Positions 1 through 9,521 of a stretch of DNA of 64,000 bases are shown here, one piece after another. The stretch comes from Mantamonas sphyraenae STR306 (taxonomy: Eukaryota > Protista > CRuMs). Every line of letters begins with the position of its first letter. The stretch's first letter is position 1. A model generated the notes under the pieces. The model ran no database searches. It had not been told where the DNA came from and saw only the letters and a program-made list of their open reading frames with translations. The DNA is taken from the NCBI GenBank assembly GCA_026936335.1, contig JAPMXV010000027.1, positions 124,001 to 188,000 on the forward strand, in the 5' to 3' direction. The translations under genes and the position numbers were made by a program.

Positions 1-1556
1 CACTGATGCTGAACACGACCACCAAAAAGACGGCAGCAGTGGCAGCCAGCATGTGTCTGCTGTCCTACATCTGCACGGCTGTGATTTCGGCAAATTCGTC
101 CGCGCACTACCTGGCCACATTGGCCGACGTCAACGTAACCTGGACGACCATCATCATCCTGGGCATCTTTGCCCTGCTGACTCTGATTGGCATTTCCGAG
201 AGTGCCACTGTGGCCCTGGTGATCTTTGGCTTCCATATTTTGTCGCTGGTGGTGCTGGCTGTGGCCTGCGTGGTGCACATTGCACAGGACCCGGCCCAAT
301 TCATGGCCAACTGGGATCCGCCCGTCCTGGGCACTTCTCTGCGTTCCACAAATGTGTTCAACGCCATTTTCTTTGGCTTCACGGCGGGCGTGCTGGGTGT
401 GAGCGGTTTCGAGAGCGCAAGCAACCTGATCGAGTCGATGAAGCGCGATGAGAAGGAGGACGTGTACCCGTTCTCCCTCAACACAATGTGGATCTTGGTC
501 AGCGTGATCAACCCGCTGCTGGCTTTCCTGTCCATGGGCATGGCGTCGGTGGAAGACATCGCCACAGAGTACCAGAATTCCTTGCTCAGCCGCATGGCGT
601 TGGTGGCCGGCGGCCAATGGCTGCAGTTTGTGATTGTGTTGGACGCCACCGTGGTGCTTTCTGGCTCCGTGCTGACGGCTTACGTGGGTGTGGGCGGTCT
701 GCTGGAACGCATGACGCTCGACCGCATCATGCCACCCGTGTTTCTGCATCGCAACCGCCGCGGAGCAAACTACGTCATCATCCTGTCCTTCTTTGCGCTG
801 ACGACCACCCTGTACTTTATGGTCAACGGAGAGACGGAGACGCTGGCGGGCGTGTACTCGGTTAGCTTCCTTGGTGTGATGCTCCTCTTTGCCGTGGGCA
901 ACCTGGTGCTCAAGTTCAAGCGCAGCCGTCTGCCGCGCAATGTCAAGGCTCATCCACTGGCCTGTGTGGTGGCCGCCCTGATGGTCATGTCCGCCGTGGT
1001 TGGCATCATTGTCAACAAGCCGACCATCCTGATTCCGTTCACCATCCTGTGGTTCGCCTCCCTGCTTGTGATCTTTGTCATGTTGCTGCGCTACCGCATC
1101 CTCAAGTACATGCTGCACATGCTGCGTGACGTGCTCAAGAACAAGCCCAAGAAGTATCGCAACGTCATCGTTATGGTCAAGCGTTGGCTCAAGAACATCA
1201 ACGAGCAGAAAGTCATTTTTTTCGCCAAGGATGACGACCTACAGCTCATCAACAAGGCCATCCTGTATGTGCGCGAGAACGAACTCACCGAGTGCATGGA
1301 GATTGTTCACGTCTACGACAAAGAAGAGAACCTGCCCCCCATGCTGCGCGAGAACGTGCGTCTGCTTGACAAGTGCTATCCCAAGATCCGTGTGGACCTG
1401 GTTCTCGTCCAGGGCCGCTTCTCGCCCGAGCTCACCGACGCCATCTCCCGGAAGCTCGACGTGCCCAAGAACTTTATGTTTATGGCCTGTCCCGACTTTC
1501 AGCGCGCCAAGTATGATTTGAGTGCGTTTGGCGGCCTGAGAGTGATTACAGCATGA
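1..1556 (+). CDS. APC-superfamily amino acid permease, 5' end probably upstream of window
   Basis: Many hydrophobic TM segments with APC motifs (LSYICTAVISA, GVLGVSGFES, LSGSVLTAYVG, LAGVYSVSFL) and a soluble C-terminal tail. The frame is open to the window edge and TM1/TM2 appear to be missing. Confidence 0.9.
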   Translation, partial: LMLNTTTKKTAAVAASMCLLSYICTAVISANSSAHYLATLADVNVTWTTIIILGIFALLTLIGISESATVALVIFGFHILSLVVLAVACVVHIAQDPAQFMANWDPPVLGTSLRSTNVFNAIFFGFTAGVLGVSGFESASNLIESMKRDEKEDVYPFSLNTMWILVSVINPLLAFLSMGMASVEDIATEYQNSLLSRMALVAGGQWLQFVIVLDATVVLSGSVLTAYVGVGGLLERMTLDRIMPPVFLHRNRRGANYVIILSFFALTTTLYFMVNGETETLAGVYSVSFLGVMLLFAVGNLVLKFKRSRLPRNVKAHPLACVVAALMVMSAVVGIIVNKPTILIPFTILWFASLLVIFVMLLRYRILKYMLHMLRDVLKNKPKKYRNVIVMVKRWLKNINEQKVIFFAKDDDLQLINKAILYVRENELTECMEIVHVYDKEENLPPMLRENVRLLDKCYPKIRVDLVLVQGRFSPELTDAISRKLDVPKNFMFMACPDFQRAKYDLSAFGGLRVITA

Positions 1557-1565
1557 ATGAATGCA

Positions 1566-2063
1566 TCAATTTCCATCGACATAGATGTGATTGGACTCAA
1601 CAATGGTGTAGCGCACCATGTGCTTGTCCCCGGTCATCCACACCACACGAGTGTCGTTGATGTCAAATGCGAGGGCGATCAACCAAATAGCTGCGTACAC
1701 CCACAACACGATCCCCAGCAAAGAATCCCACGCGGCGATGGGACCTCCAAGTCCCAGTTCAGCGTATCCCGCACCGAGGAGCCGCCCCAGGCAGTACGCC
1801 AGCGCCAGGGCAGCGTGCGGAATCTGTGGGATCGCCAAGCGCTTGCACAGTCCACCGCCGTTATCCCAGATCAGATAGGAGTTGGGAATGGCCACAAACA
1901 CCAACGCAGACCCACATAGCACCAGAGGGACCATGGGCTCCTCTGTGACAACAACCAGCGGCAAGAAAACGCTCGGACCAAGGAAGAGCCCCATCCACAC
2001 CTGCACCCAGACTGGAAGCATGCGAAACGATCCCCACACGCGTTTCAAAACCAATAGTGCCAT
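1566..2063 (-). CDS. Small integral membrane protein (~4 TM), unknown function
   Basis: Intronless 165-aa ORF with four hydrophobic segments and motifs WGSFRMLPVWVQVW and LAFDINDTRVVWMTGD. Converges on the permease with a 9-bp gap. Confidence 0.7.
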   Translation of the reverse strand: MALLVLKRVWGSFRMLPVWVQVWMGLFLGPSVFLPLVVVTEEPMVPLVLCGSALVFVAIPNSYLIWDNGGGLCKRLAIPQIPHAALALAYCLGRLLGAGYAELGLGGPIAAWDSLLGIVLWVYAAIWLIALAFDINDTRVVWMTGDKHMVRYTIVESNHIYVDGN

Positions 2064-2826
2064 CTCGTGCTGTAGATCGCCAGCAATGTGTAGGGGGCTA
2101 TGGCTGCCTCAGCGTGCGCACCCCGCACCCCACCCTCGTACCACGCATGCACCGGCCTCCACATCCTTCCCAATCCCCCACCGATCCCAACTTTCATCCC
2201 CAAATCCCCGTTGGTGTGCTTTGCAAAGCGACCATTGTCCCATACCCAGGGAGACGGGCTTCCGATGTCGTTCCTGAAAACGTTTGCCCCTTGTTTCGGC
2301 CTCCTGCCACCCCGCACACGACCACCACATCTCCACACCTGCTTCGATGGCACTTGCACACTCTGTACTTGCCTCCGAGATGCTTCTCCGTGTCCATCCC
2401 TCTCACATCCACGCATCCAACCGCGGACCTGTCAAGTGGCGCCAACTTCCCGCCACCACAAGCCGTCTGCACCCGCCACCCTGCCCGTTGTCTCCATATG
2501 CATCCCACATACGTCCAGATGTCTCCTCGGTGCGCCCTGTGCACGTGTCCATTCCGCCCATCCTGTCATCCTGCATCCGTGCACCTCGGATGAGTGGTCA
2601 GTGCGCGCTTGCAGCAAACCCAACCCAACGACAAATTCCCACAAGGTATGTAGTGCACTGCAAGCGAGCATGCAAGACCACCACATGCATCCCCAGACAT
2701 GGGGGATGTGATGTACGTGGCGCAAAGGGTGTGTGGACGTGTGCATGGCCGAGGGTGGGGCGGGTGAGAAATGCGTTTCTGGACGTTTGACAAGCGAACG
2801 GACACTGACGCGGCACATACTCTCAG

Positions 2827-4250
2827 ATGCAGCAGTCTCCCAAGACGCCGCAAGACAAGAACACTCAAAACATGTACACAAGATATCTGGCAGCGCCGCG
2901 TGCGTGGCAGATGACACCCGTGTCTGCTCCGATGCAGATGACGCCCGAGTTCCAATCGATGCTGCTGGCTTCTCGCTTCCTTGTGGAGCTGCGCAACTCG
3001 CAACCAAGTGGAGCACGGCTTCGACTGAGGTACAACAGCGTGGACGAGGAGGAGATGGAGGACGAGAGCAGCAGTGCAGACCACATGCAGCAGTACTTTG
3101 ACGACAATGCAAGCGAAACGTCTTCGACGTCAACGCTGAGCGTGGACAGCGAGACGAGCTCGGGCGCAAACTCGCGTCAGAAAGAAAACCGTCGAAGCAA
3201 CAGCGGACGGCACAACGAGCAAGAGGGCGGAAGCAGCAGCTCGGGACGAGGGAGCAAGGGCAGGAAGCGGGCAAGCAAGGAGTCGACGCAGGTTCTGCAT
3301 CAGGTGAGTGGCGAGGGGAGGCAGACGGAGAGCCGAGTTTTTGCGGCGGTGGAAAATGGCCACCAACGCGGACGGCTCCCAGACGACTTTTTTTTTATCA
3401 CGCGATGCACAAGGGCCAGGGAGAGACTGACACGCAGGAGGGCACGGTGATGGATGCACACAGTGGTTTCTGGAGTAGGTGGAAGGAGAGAAGAAAGGAG
3501 GGGGAGGAGGAAGCGTGGGCGGTGGGGGGGGCGTTTTCTCGGGAGACGGCAGCGAGCAGCGACGGAGAAGTGACAAGGAACGAAGAGAATTCCGGCAGGC
3601 GCTGACACGGCACGCAATCTGCACAGCCACCTGGACAACCCTTACCCGTCGTGTAAGTGATACAGAGAGGCGAGTGGAGGAGGGGGGAAACGCGTATGCA
3701 TGCGGAGGCATGGGCAGAAAAGGAAGGGTGTGGAAAGGTGGTGCAGCGGAAGGATCAAGGAAAAAGATCGGCGGCGGGGCGATTTTTTTCGGCGAGGGCC
3801 GGCGGGACGTGTCTTTTTTTCTCTCTCGCAAGGGCCAAGGGGGCAATCCGGGAATGACGTGTGATTTTTTGCTCTGCAAATACGCACGATGGGGCACAGG
3901 AGTGGATGGGAGGAGGGAGGAAATGGAGAGCGAACATGGGACGAGAGAGGCTGACACGGATGCGGGTACATGGGCACCACAGACGAGGAGAAGATGGCAT
4001 TGGCAGAGGCGAGCTCGTTGACGGCAACGCAGGTGAACAACTGGTTCGGCAACCGGTGCGTTTTTGCTTCTTCGCAGGGGCAGGGAGTGGGGGGTGGGGG
4101 GAGAGGAAGAGGACGAAGGGAGAGATGAGACTGACACGGGAGTGGATACGCGGAAACGTTGTGGGGCACAGTCGCATCCGGTGGAAGAGGAAGCACCCGG
4201 GTGTGGAGTATGCGCGTCCGAAGCAGAGCCGTGGGTCAGGCGAACAGTGA
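2827..4250 (+). CDS. TALE-class homeodomain transcription factor, PBX-like helix 3 (spliced)
   Basis: Exons 2827-3303, 3464-3474, 3627-3652, 3983-4055 and 4172-4250, all with GT..CAG introns and a CTGACAC branch motif. They join to GRKRASKESTQVLHQWFLDHLDNPYPSYEEKMALAEASSLTATQVNNWFGNRRIRWKRK, which has the TALE PYP loop. A further upstream exon ending at 2645 (AAG|GTATGT) is possible. Confidence 0.92.
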
Positions 4251-4984
4251 GCCCACAGAGGAGGAGATGGATGATGGAAGGAGGATGGAAGGATGCAATC
4301 TACAGCTGGGGATGACAGGAGCCGGGGACGGAGGATGGACAGTACGTTTGTGGGAGCCCTGATATGGACAGGGTGTGGATTCGGGCGAGCCGAGTAGCAA
4401 GAGGTGGGGGAATGGTATGTGTGATGAGTGTGGGATGACGATGCAACGGAGCAAGCTTTGGGGCAGAGAGGGTGGCCTCTGCGTGGACTGGCGGCGAATG
4501 CTTTTGGCCAGTTGGATCGCAGGTACGAGCGACTCGGCGGTGTGTCAGTCGGTGGTGCAGAGGGTTCCCACGTGCTCCGGATGCATCACCGACGAACAAT
4601 GCTGGGGTCGACGGCCACTCCCACCTGTCCCCAAGGATGCATGCTCGAGCTTGTGCATCTCCCCACTGACCATTCACTCGTTCCTCCGCTTCGTTGGTTG
4701 CTCGTTGGTTGCTCGTTGGAACCACACCATACCTTGGGGGGACACACGAACGCATCGACAACAAGAGACCCTCCTCCCTGGCATGTCTGGCATGAAGAGC
4801 TATGGCAAGGGGCAGGAGAACCGCGAAATGTAAAATAGCCTTGTACTTTCTTTCTCTGCATCGTCACACTGCAGCGTGCCTCGCAGACGGGAGAGAGCGG
4901 ACATAGGCACGCATGTGATGGGAGGGTAGTCGAGCAGCCAGCCAAGGAGGATAGCTCAGAGCTGGCGAAACGCTCTCCTTGTTC

Positions 4985-6178
4985 CTATGGGAGACCGCGC
5001 GCACCCACCATGCGACGCATGTACAGAGGCAGATTCCGCACCAACCACAATGGCAGTGTCATGTTGTCCAGGTTCTCACGGAACCTGAGGATGTTGTTGA
5101 CTTCGAGCTGGATTTCACGCCGCTTGGAGGCGGAGAACTCAACGAACGTGTCCATCATGATCCAGAACATCACACAAAACCCTACAGGGATGATGAGGGG
5201 CACAATGGACTGTTTGGCGACCATGAGCAACAACCAGGCTGGAAGAAGAACAGCAAACGGGGACAGCGCGCAAAGGGCCACTCCGGAGACACACAGTGCC
5301 AACGAAGGGGCCCATGCGCTTGCCCAGCCATCCATCCATGCTCCGATGGCAAAACAGCACATGGAAAGGCTGAACAGGGCTGAGGCCAGAACACACGGAT
5401 GGGTGTAGTTCCGCTCGTCGTCGTACTCCTCCCGAGGCACTGTCTCCTTCAGAGATCCCACAGACATCCACAAAAGACCAGCACCCACAACCCCCCACAG
5501 TGTCATCCATGGTAGACCTGTCCAACCATCCGCAATCACCGTAGGGAACAGAAGCAGTGCGGCAAACGCCGACATCGGCGACATTGACCGTCTGATGTTC
5601 CAGAACGAGATGCCAACGTACAGGTGCTTGCCCTCCAGTGCAAACAGGCTCATCCACAGCACCACGAGGGTGGATGTCCACGATTTCAACGGGGACGAGC
5701 TCTCGTGCTGATTTGTGCGCCCAAGCACATGATACAGCATCCACAGCGCTCCGAAAAGTAGGCACACGGCTGCTATGGATAAGAGTTTGCGTATGCGGTG
5801 CCTAAAATACACGCGGCGGACTCGCTTCCAATCGTCCTCGGTAGGAATTCTGGCCACCCGAAAGATTACCTCCATGCGCCGTGCAGAGACCTTTTCCATC
5901 CATGTGTTCAACTCTGACACGCTTTCCTCATCCATGTCGTTTTCTCCCATGCGCAACATGTCGACAATGGGTTCGTCGGCAGCGTACACGCGCTTCCAAA
6001 GGTCAAGATCACGGACAATCTCCAGCATCCGATGGCAGGTCAACGCGACACGCGCAGCACTGTCCTCGTCCAAATGGCCAAGGATGCGCACCAGCACCTC
6101 CACGGGCAAACTCTCTAGCCCCCATTCGTCCCCGTCGCCGAACAGCATCGCCACCAAACTTGGGTCCACATGCGCCAT
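4985..6178 (-). CDS. F-box domain protein with multiple C-terminal transmembrane helices
   Basis: From ATG 6178: LESLPVEVLVRILGHLDEDSAARVALTCHRMLEIVRDLDLWK is an F-box, followed by ~7-8 hydrophobic segments. The upstream part of the 862-aa track ORF is the antisense shadow of the WD40 gene. Confidence 0.8.
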   Translation of the reverse strand: MAHVDPSLVAMLFGDGDEWGLESLPVEVLVRILGHLDEDSAARVALTCHRMLEIVRDLDLWKRVYAADEPIVDMLRMGENDMDEESVSELNTWMEKVSARRMEVIFRVARIPTEDDWKRVRRVYFRHRIRKLLSIAAVCLLFGALWMLYHVLGRTNQHESSSPLKSWTSTLVVLWMSLFALEGKHLYVGISFWNIRRSMSPMSAFAALLLFPTVIADGWTGLPWMTLWGVVGAGLLWMSVGSLKETVPREEYDDERNYTHPCVLASALFSLSMCCFAIGAWMDGWASAWAPSLALCVSGVALCALSPFAVLLPAWLLLMVAKQSIVPLIIPVGFCVMFWIMMDTFVEFSASKRREIQLEVNNILRFRENLDNMTLPLWLVRNLPLYMRRMVGARGLP

Positions 6179-6307
6179 GCAACATGCTTGTGATTGATCA
6201 GCACAACCTGCAAAGAGACATATGACTGATGGAGGCGAGGGAAGTGGCAAAGACGATGTGCAATTGCAAGCCAATGCGCTGATGGAGGCACCGAAGCGAA
6301 CAGCAAC

Positions 6308-7546
6308 ATGGAAAGCGGCGACGTGACGGCGCTGGGCATTGTTATTGTGTCTGTGCTCGTGCTGGTGTTTGTGGTGGTGAGCAACTGCCTGCCAAGCGGG
6401 AACAAGGCGCAGGCAGCGACGACGGAAGGCGAGGAGACGACAGAGAAGGACCGGGAAGCAAAGCGGAAAGCAAAGGGCAAGGCGAAGCAGAAGCCGGCGA
6501 CGAGCTCGCGACACGGGGGCAAGCAGAAGTCCAAGACGGGTGTGAAAGAGCATGCGAACCTCGTGCGTGTGTTGAAGGGCCATCAGGATACGATTGCTGA
6601 TGTGTGTGCGGTGGACCAGGCGCTGATCACCTCGAGCAAGGATCGCGTGTTGAGAGCGTTCAACGACCCGTACGGTGAGGAGACCCCTCGTTTTGCACGG
6701 CTGCCTGTGGAAGGAGATTATGTGGAGCACTGTGCACTTTCTGAGGGTGCGCTGTATCTCGGATGCAGCACACATGGCCAGAAGAGGCTGCAGGTGTACG
6801 GCGTGGTGCAAGGTCACGGCAAGATCAGCCTGAAGTTGCTGAAGGAATCCCCGCGCAACATGACAACGCTCCCGTCGTTGTGTATGTGCATCAATGAGCA
6901 GCGTCGTTTGCTTGTGGGACTGGAAAAGGACGGTATCCTGCTGTACCTGCTTGGTGGAGACATGAACAAGCCGCTGAAGCGCATCAAGACGAACCAGGTG
7001 CAGAACTACACCGCCAGCCTGTCGCCCGACGGGACTTGGATTGCATTGGGCGCATTCACGGCAGAGGTGAGGCTGTACAGGCTGTCGTTCCACAAGACCA
7101 CGGGCGCATTTGAGGGCGCAGAAGCAGTGACGGTGCTGCCGGGCCACACAAAGGGATGCAAGAGCATTGCGTGGAGTGGAGACAGCAGAACAGTGGCCAC
7201 ATGTGCTGGCGACAGCACTGTGCGTCTGTGGAACATGGATGTGAGGCACCGAGACGGAGAAGATGTCAAGTGCATCTTCAGCCTCTCTGTGGCGCAGCTG
7301 GCAGCCCATGCGTGTGTGGAGGAACTTGATGCAATCTCCATGAGCAAGGATGCAAAGTGGCTTGCAATGAGAAGTGGTGCGCATTTGGTTGTGATGAACG
7401 TGAACGATCCGCAACCGGTTGCCAACGCACACGTCATTGAGGAAGCCCACGGTGGTGCAATCACCTGCATGGATTGGATGGGTTCCCAGGGCCAGTTGGT
7501 GACTGGTTCCGAGGACCACACGGTGAAGCTGTGGAAGTTTGAATGA
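6308..7546 (+). CDS. TBL2: Membrane-anchored WD40 protein, transducin beta-like 2 type
   Basis: N-terminal TM, Lys-rich linker, then WD40 repeats (LKGHQDTI, LPGHTKGCKSIAWSGDS..DSTVRLWN, AHGGAIT..DHTVKLW). FTAEVRLY resembles the TBL2 FTPDVKVW motif. Confidence 0.8.
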   Translation: MESGDVTALGIVIVSVLVLVFVVVSNCLPSGNKAQAATTEGEETTEKDREAKRKAKGKAKQKPATSSRHGGKQKSKTGVKEHANLVRVLKGHQDTIADVCAVDQALITSSKDRVLRAFNDPYGEETPRFARLPVEGDYVEHCALSEGALYLGCSTHGQKRLQVYGVVQGHGKISLKLLKESPRNMTTLPSLCMCINEQRRLLVGLEKDGILLYLLGGDMNKPLKRIKTNQVQNYTASLSPDGTWIALGAFTAEVRLYRLSFHKTTGAFEGAEAVTVLPGHTKGCKSIAWSGDSRTVATCAGDSTVRLWNMDVRHRDGEDVKCIFSLSVAQLAAHACVEELDAISMSKDAKWLAMRSGAHLVVMNVNDPQPVANAHVIEEAHGGAITCMDWMGSQGQLVTGSEDHTVKLWKFE

Positions 7547-7562
7547 TGAAGATCGAAATGGT

Positions 7563-9452
7563 TCATGCGTCATTCGCTTCGTTCCCTCCTTGCAACGCCG
7601 CCATCACCAGCGTGTCCAGTGCACTCTTGCACTCCTCCAGCCCGCTTTGTGATCCACTCTCCATCTTCACCACCAATCCACCTTCCCCATCGTCACTCAC
7701 ACTCACATCCACTCCACTCTCCCCACCCACTGCCTCCACTGCCTCCCTTCCCAACCCAACACTGCCTGGTACTCCCACACTCAGTGCAAATCGCTCACCA
7801 CCCTCCTGCGCCTCCTCCTGCGCCTCCTCCTTCCCCTCCTCAGTCGCCTCCACTCCGTTCCCTCCTTGCAACGCCGCCATCACCAGCGTGTCCAGCGCAC
7901 TCTTGCACTCCTCCAGCCCGCTTTGTGATCCACTCTCCATCTTCACCACCAATCCACCTTCCCCATCGTCACTCACATTCACATCCACTCCACTCTCCCC
8001 ACCCACTGCCTCCACTGCCTCCCTTCCCAACCCAACACTGCCTGGTACTCCCACACTCAGTGCAAATCGCTCACCACCCTCCTTCCCCTCCTCCTTCCCC
8101 TCCTCAGTCGCCTCCACTCCGTTCCCTCCTTGCAACGCCGCCATCACCAGCGTGTCCAGCGCACTCTTGCACTCCTCCAGCCCGCTTTGTGATCCACTCT
8201 CCATCTTCACCACCAATCCACCTTCCCCATCGTCACTCACACTCACATCCACTCCACTCTCCCCACCCACTGCCTCCACTGCCTCCCTTCCCAACCCAAC
8301 ACTGCCTGGCACTCCCACACTCAGTGCAAATCGCTCTCCACCCTCCTGCGCCTCCTCCTGTGCCTCCTCATTCGCCTCCACTCCGTTCCCTCCCTGCAAC
8401 GCCGCCATCACCAGCGTGTCCAGCGCACTCTTGCACTCCTCCAGCCCGCTTTGCGATCCACTCTCCATCTTCACCACCAATCCACCTTCCCCATCGTCAC
8501 TCACATTCACATCCACGCCACTCTCCCCACCCACCGCCTCCACTGCCTCCCTTCCCAACCCAACACTGCCTGGCACTCCCACACTCAGTGCAAATCGCTC
8601 ACCACCCTCCTGCGCCTCCTCCTGCGCCTCCTCCTGCGCCTCCTCCTGCGCCTCCACTCCGTTCCCTCCCTGCAACGCCGCCATCACCAGCGTGTCCAGC
8701 GCACTCTTGCACTCCTCCAGCCCGCTTTGCGATCCACTCTCCATCTTCACCACCAATCCACCTTCCCCATCGTCACTCACACTCACATCCACGCCACTCT
8801 CCCCACCCACTGCCTCCACTGCCTCCCTTCCCAACCCAACACTGCCTGGCACTCCCACACTCAGTGCAAATCGCTCTCCACCCTCCTTCTTCACTTCTAC
8901 ATCCTCTTTTCCACTCTCACCAAGCTCTGACCCTCCCACACTCCTCATCATGGCCTCCACCGACGCAACAAACGATGCCACGCCCTCCTCCGTCTCCCCG
9001 TGAATCACCACGAGACGCACGTGCTCGCTCGACCCGTCCTGCACATGCATAGCCACATCAAACGCCTCCAGCATTGTGTCCACAATAGCCTTGTTTGCTT
9101 GAAGAAGCTCCACCGCGAGCGCGGGAACGGTGAGTTCTTTCCGGTTCGCTCCTCCACTCTCCTCGTCCGCAAACGTCTCTATCTCCGTCGCTTCTGTGCG
9201 TTGCAACTCTTCCCATACTTCTCGCATGGCCACGTCAAACATGCCCTTGGCCTCTTCCACTTGGCGCGCATCCGTTCCCGACACAACCACGCGCACCTCC
9301 CCCTCTGCCTGTCCGGCTTCTATGCGGAACTTGGTGTATTCCATCACCTGAGAAAACACATTCAACACAGCCTCGTGCTGCAGCAGCACGTCTGCAAGCT
9401 CTGCGCTGACCCCTACGCTCAGCTCCACAAACTCAGCGCCACCCGCCGACAT
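7563..9452 (-). CDS. Acidic tandem-repeat protein with ~7 KH-fold-like modules (5 near-identical)
   Basis: 629-aa ORF with two divergent N-terminal modules and five 88-92-aa repeats (FALSVGVPGSVGLGREAVEAVGGESGVDVSVSDDGEGGLVVKMESGSQSGLEECKSALDTLV). KH similarity is inferred from the secondary-structure pattern only. Confidence 0.7.
   Translation of the reverse strand: MSAGGAEFVELSVGVSAELADVLLQHEAVLNVFSQVMEYTKFRIEAGQAEGEVRVVVSGTDARQVEEAKGMFDVAMREVWEELQRTEATEIETFADEESGGANRKELTVPALAVELLQANKAIVDTMLEAFDVAMHVQDGSSEHVRLVVIHGETEEGVASFVASVEAMMRSVGGSELGESGKEDVEVKKEGGERFALSVGVPGSVGLGREAVEAVGGESGVDVSVSDDGEGGLVVKMESGSQSGLEECKSALDTLVMAALQGGNGVEAQEEAQEEAQEEAQEGGERFALSVGVPGSVGLGREAVEAVGGESGVDVNVSDDGEGGLVVKMESGSQSGLEECKSALDTLVMAALQGGNGVEANEEAQEEAQEGGERFALSVGVPGSVGLGREAVEAVGGESGVDVSVSDDGEGGLVVKMESGSQSGLEECKSALDTLVMAALQGGNGVEATEEGKEEGKEGGERFALSVGVPGSVGLGREAVEAVGGESGVDVNVSDDGEGGLVVKMESGSQSGLEECKSALDTLVMAALQGGNGVEATEEGKEEAQEEAQEGGERFALSVGVPGSVGLGREAVEAVGGESGVDVSVSDDGEGGLVVKMESGSQSGLEECKSALDTLVMAALQGGNEANDA
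7577..8885. repeat. Coding tandem repeat, 5 copies of 264-276 bp
   Basis: GTTCCCTCCYTGCAACGCCGCCATCACC recurs at 7581, 7857, 8121, 8385 and 8661. Unit length varies by 12-nt EEAQ/EEGK linker copies. Confidence 0.95.
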
Positions 9453-9521
9453 TCTCCACTTCTTGTTGGCTGACCTCGCGTGTCCTTCATTTCACCTATT
9501 CCTGTCTCAATGACTGTACGC

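Noticed and set aside
2100-2790. Overlapping 170-280-aa ORFs upstream of the homeobox gene
   Set aside because: Low-information Pro/His/Cys-rich translations; more likely promoter or 5' UTR, though an in-frame upstream exon cannot be excluded.
4251-4984. Short ORFs between the homeobox and F-box genes
   Set aside because: No recognisable motifs; likely 3' UTRs.
6179-7573. N-terminal ~465 aa of the 862-aa minus-strand ORF
   Set aside because: Antisense shadow of the TBL2-like gene; recognisable protein begins at ATG 6178.
7543-9052. Plus-strand Ser/Pro-rich and Pro/His-rich ORFs (486 and 495 aa)
   Set aside because: Shadows of the C-rich repeat. The minus-strand ORF extends beyond the repeat with globular-looking sequence.
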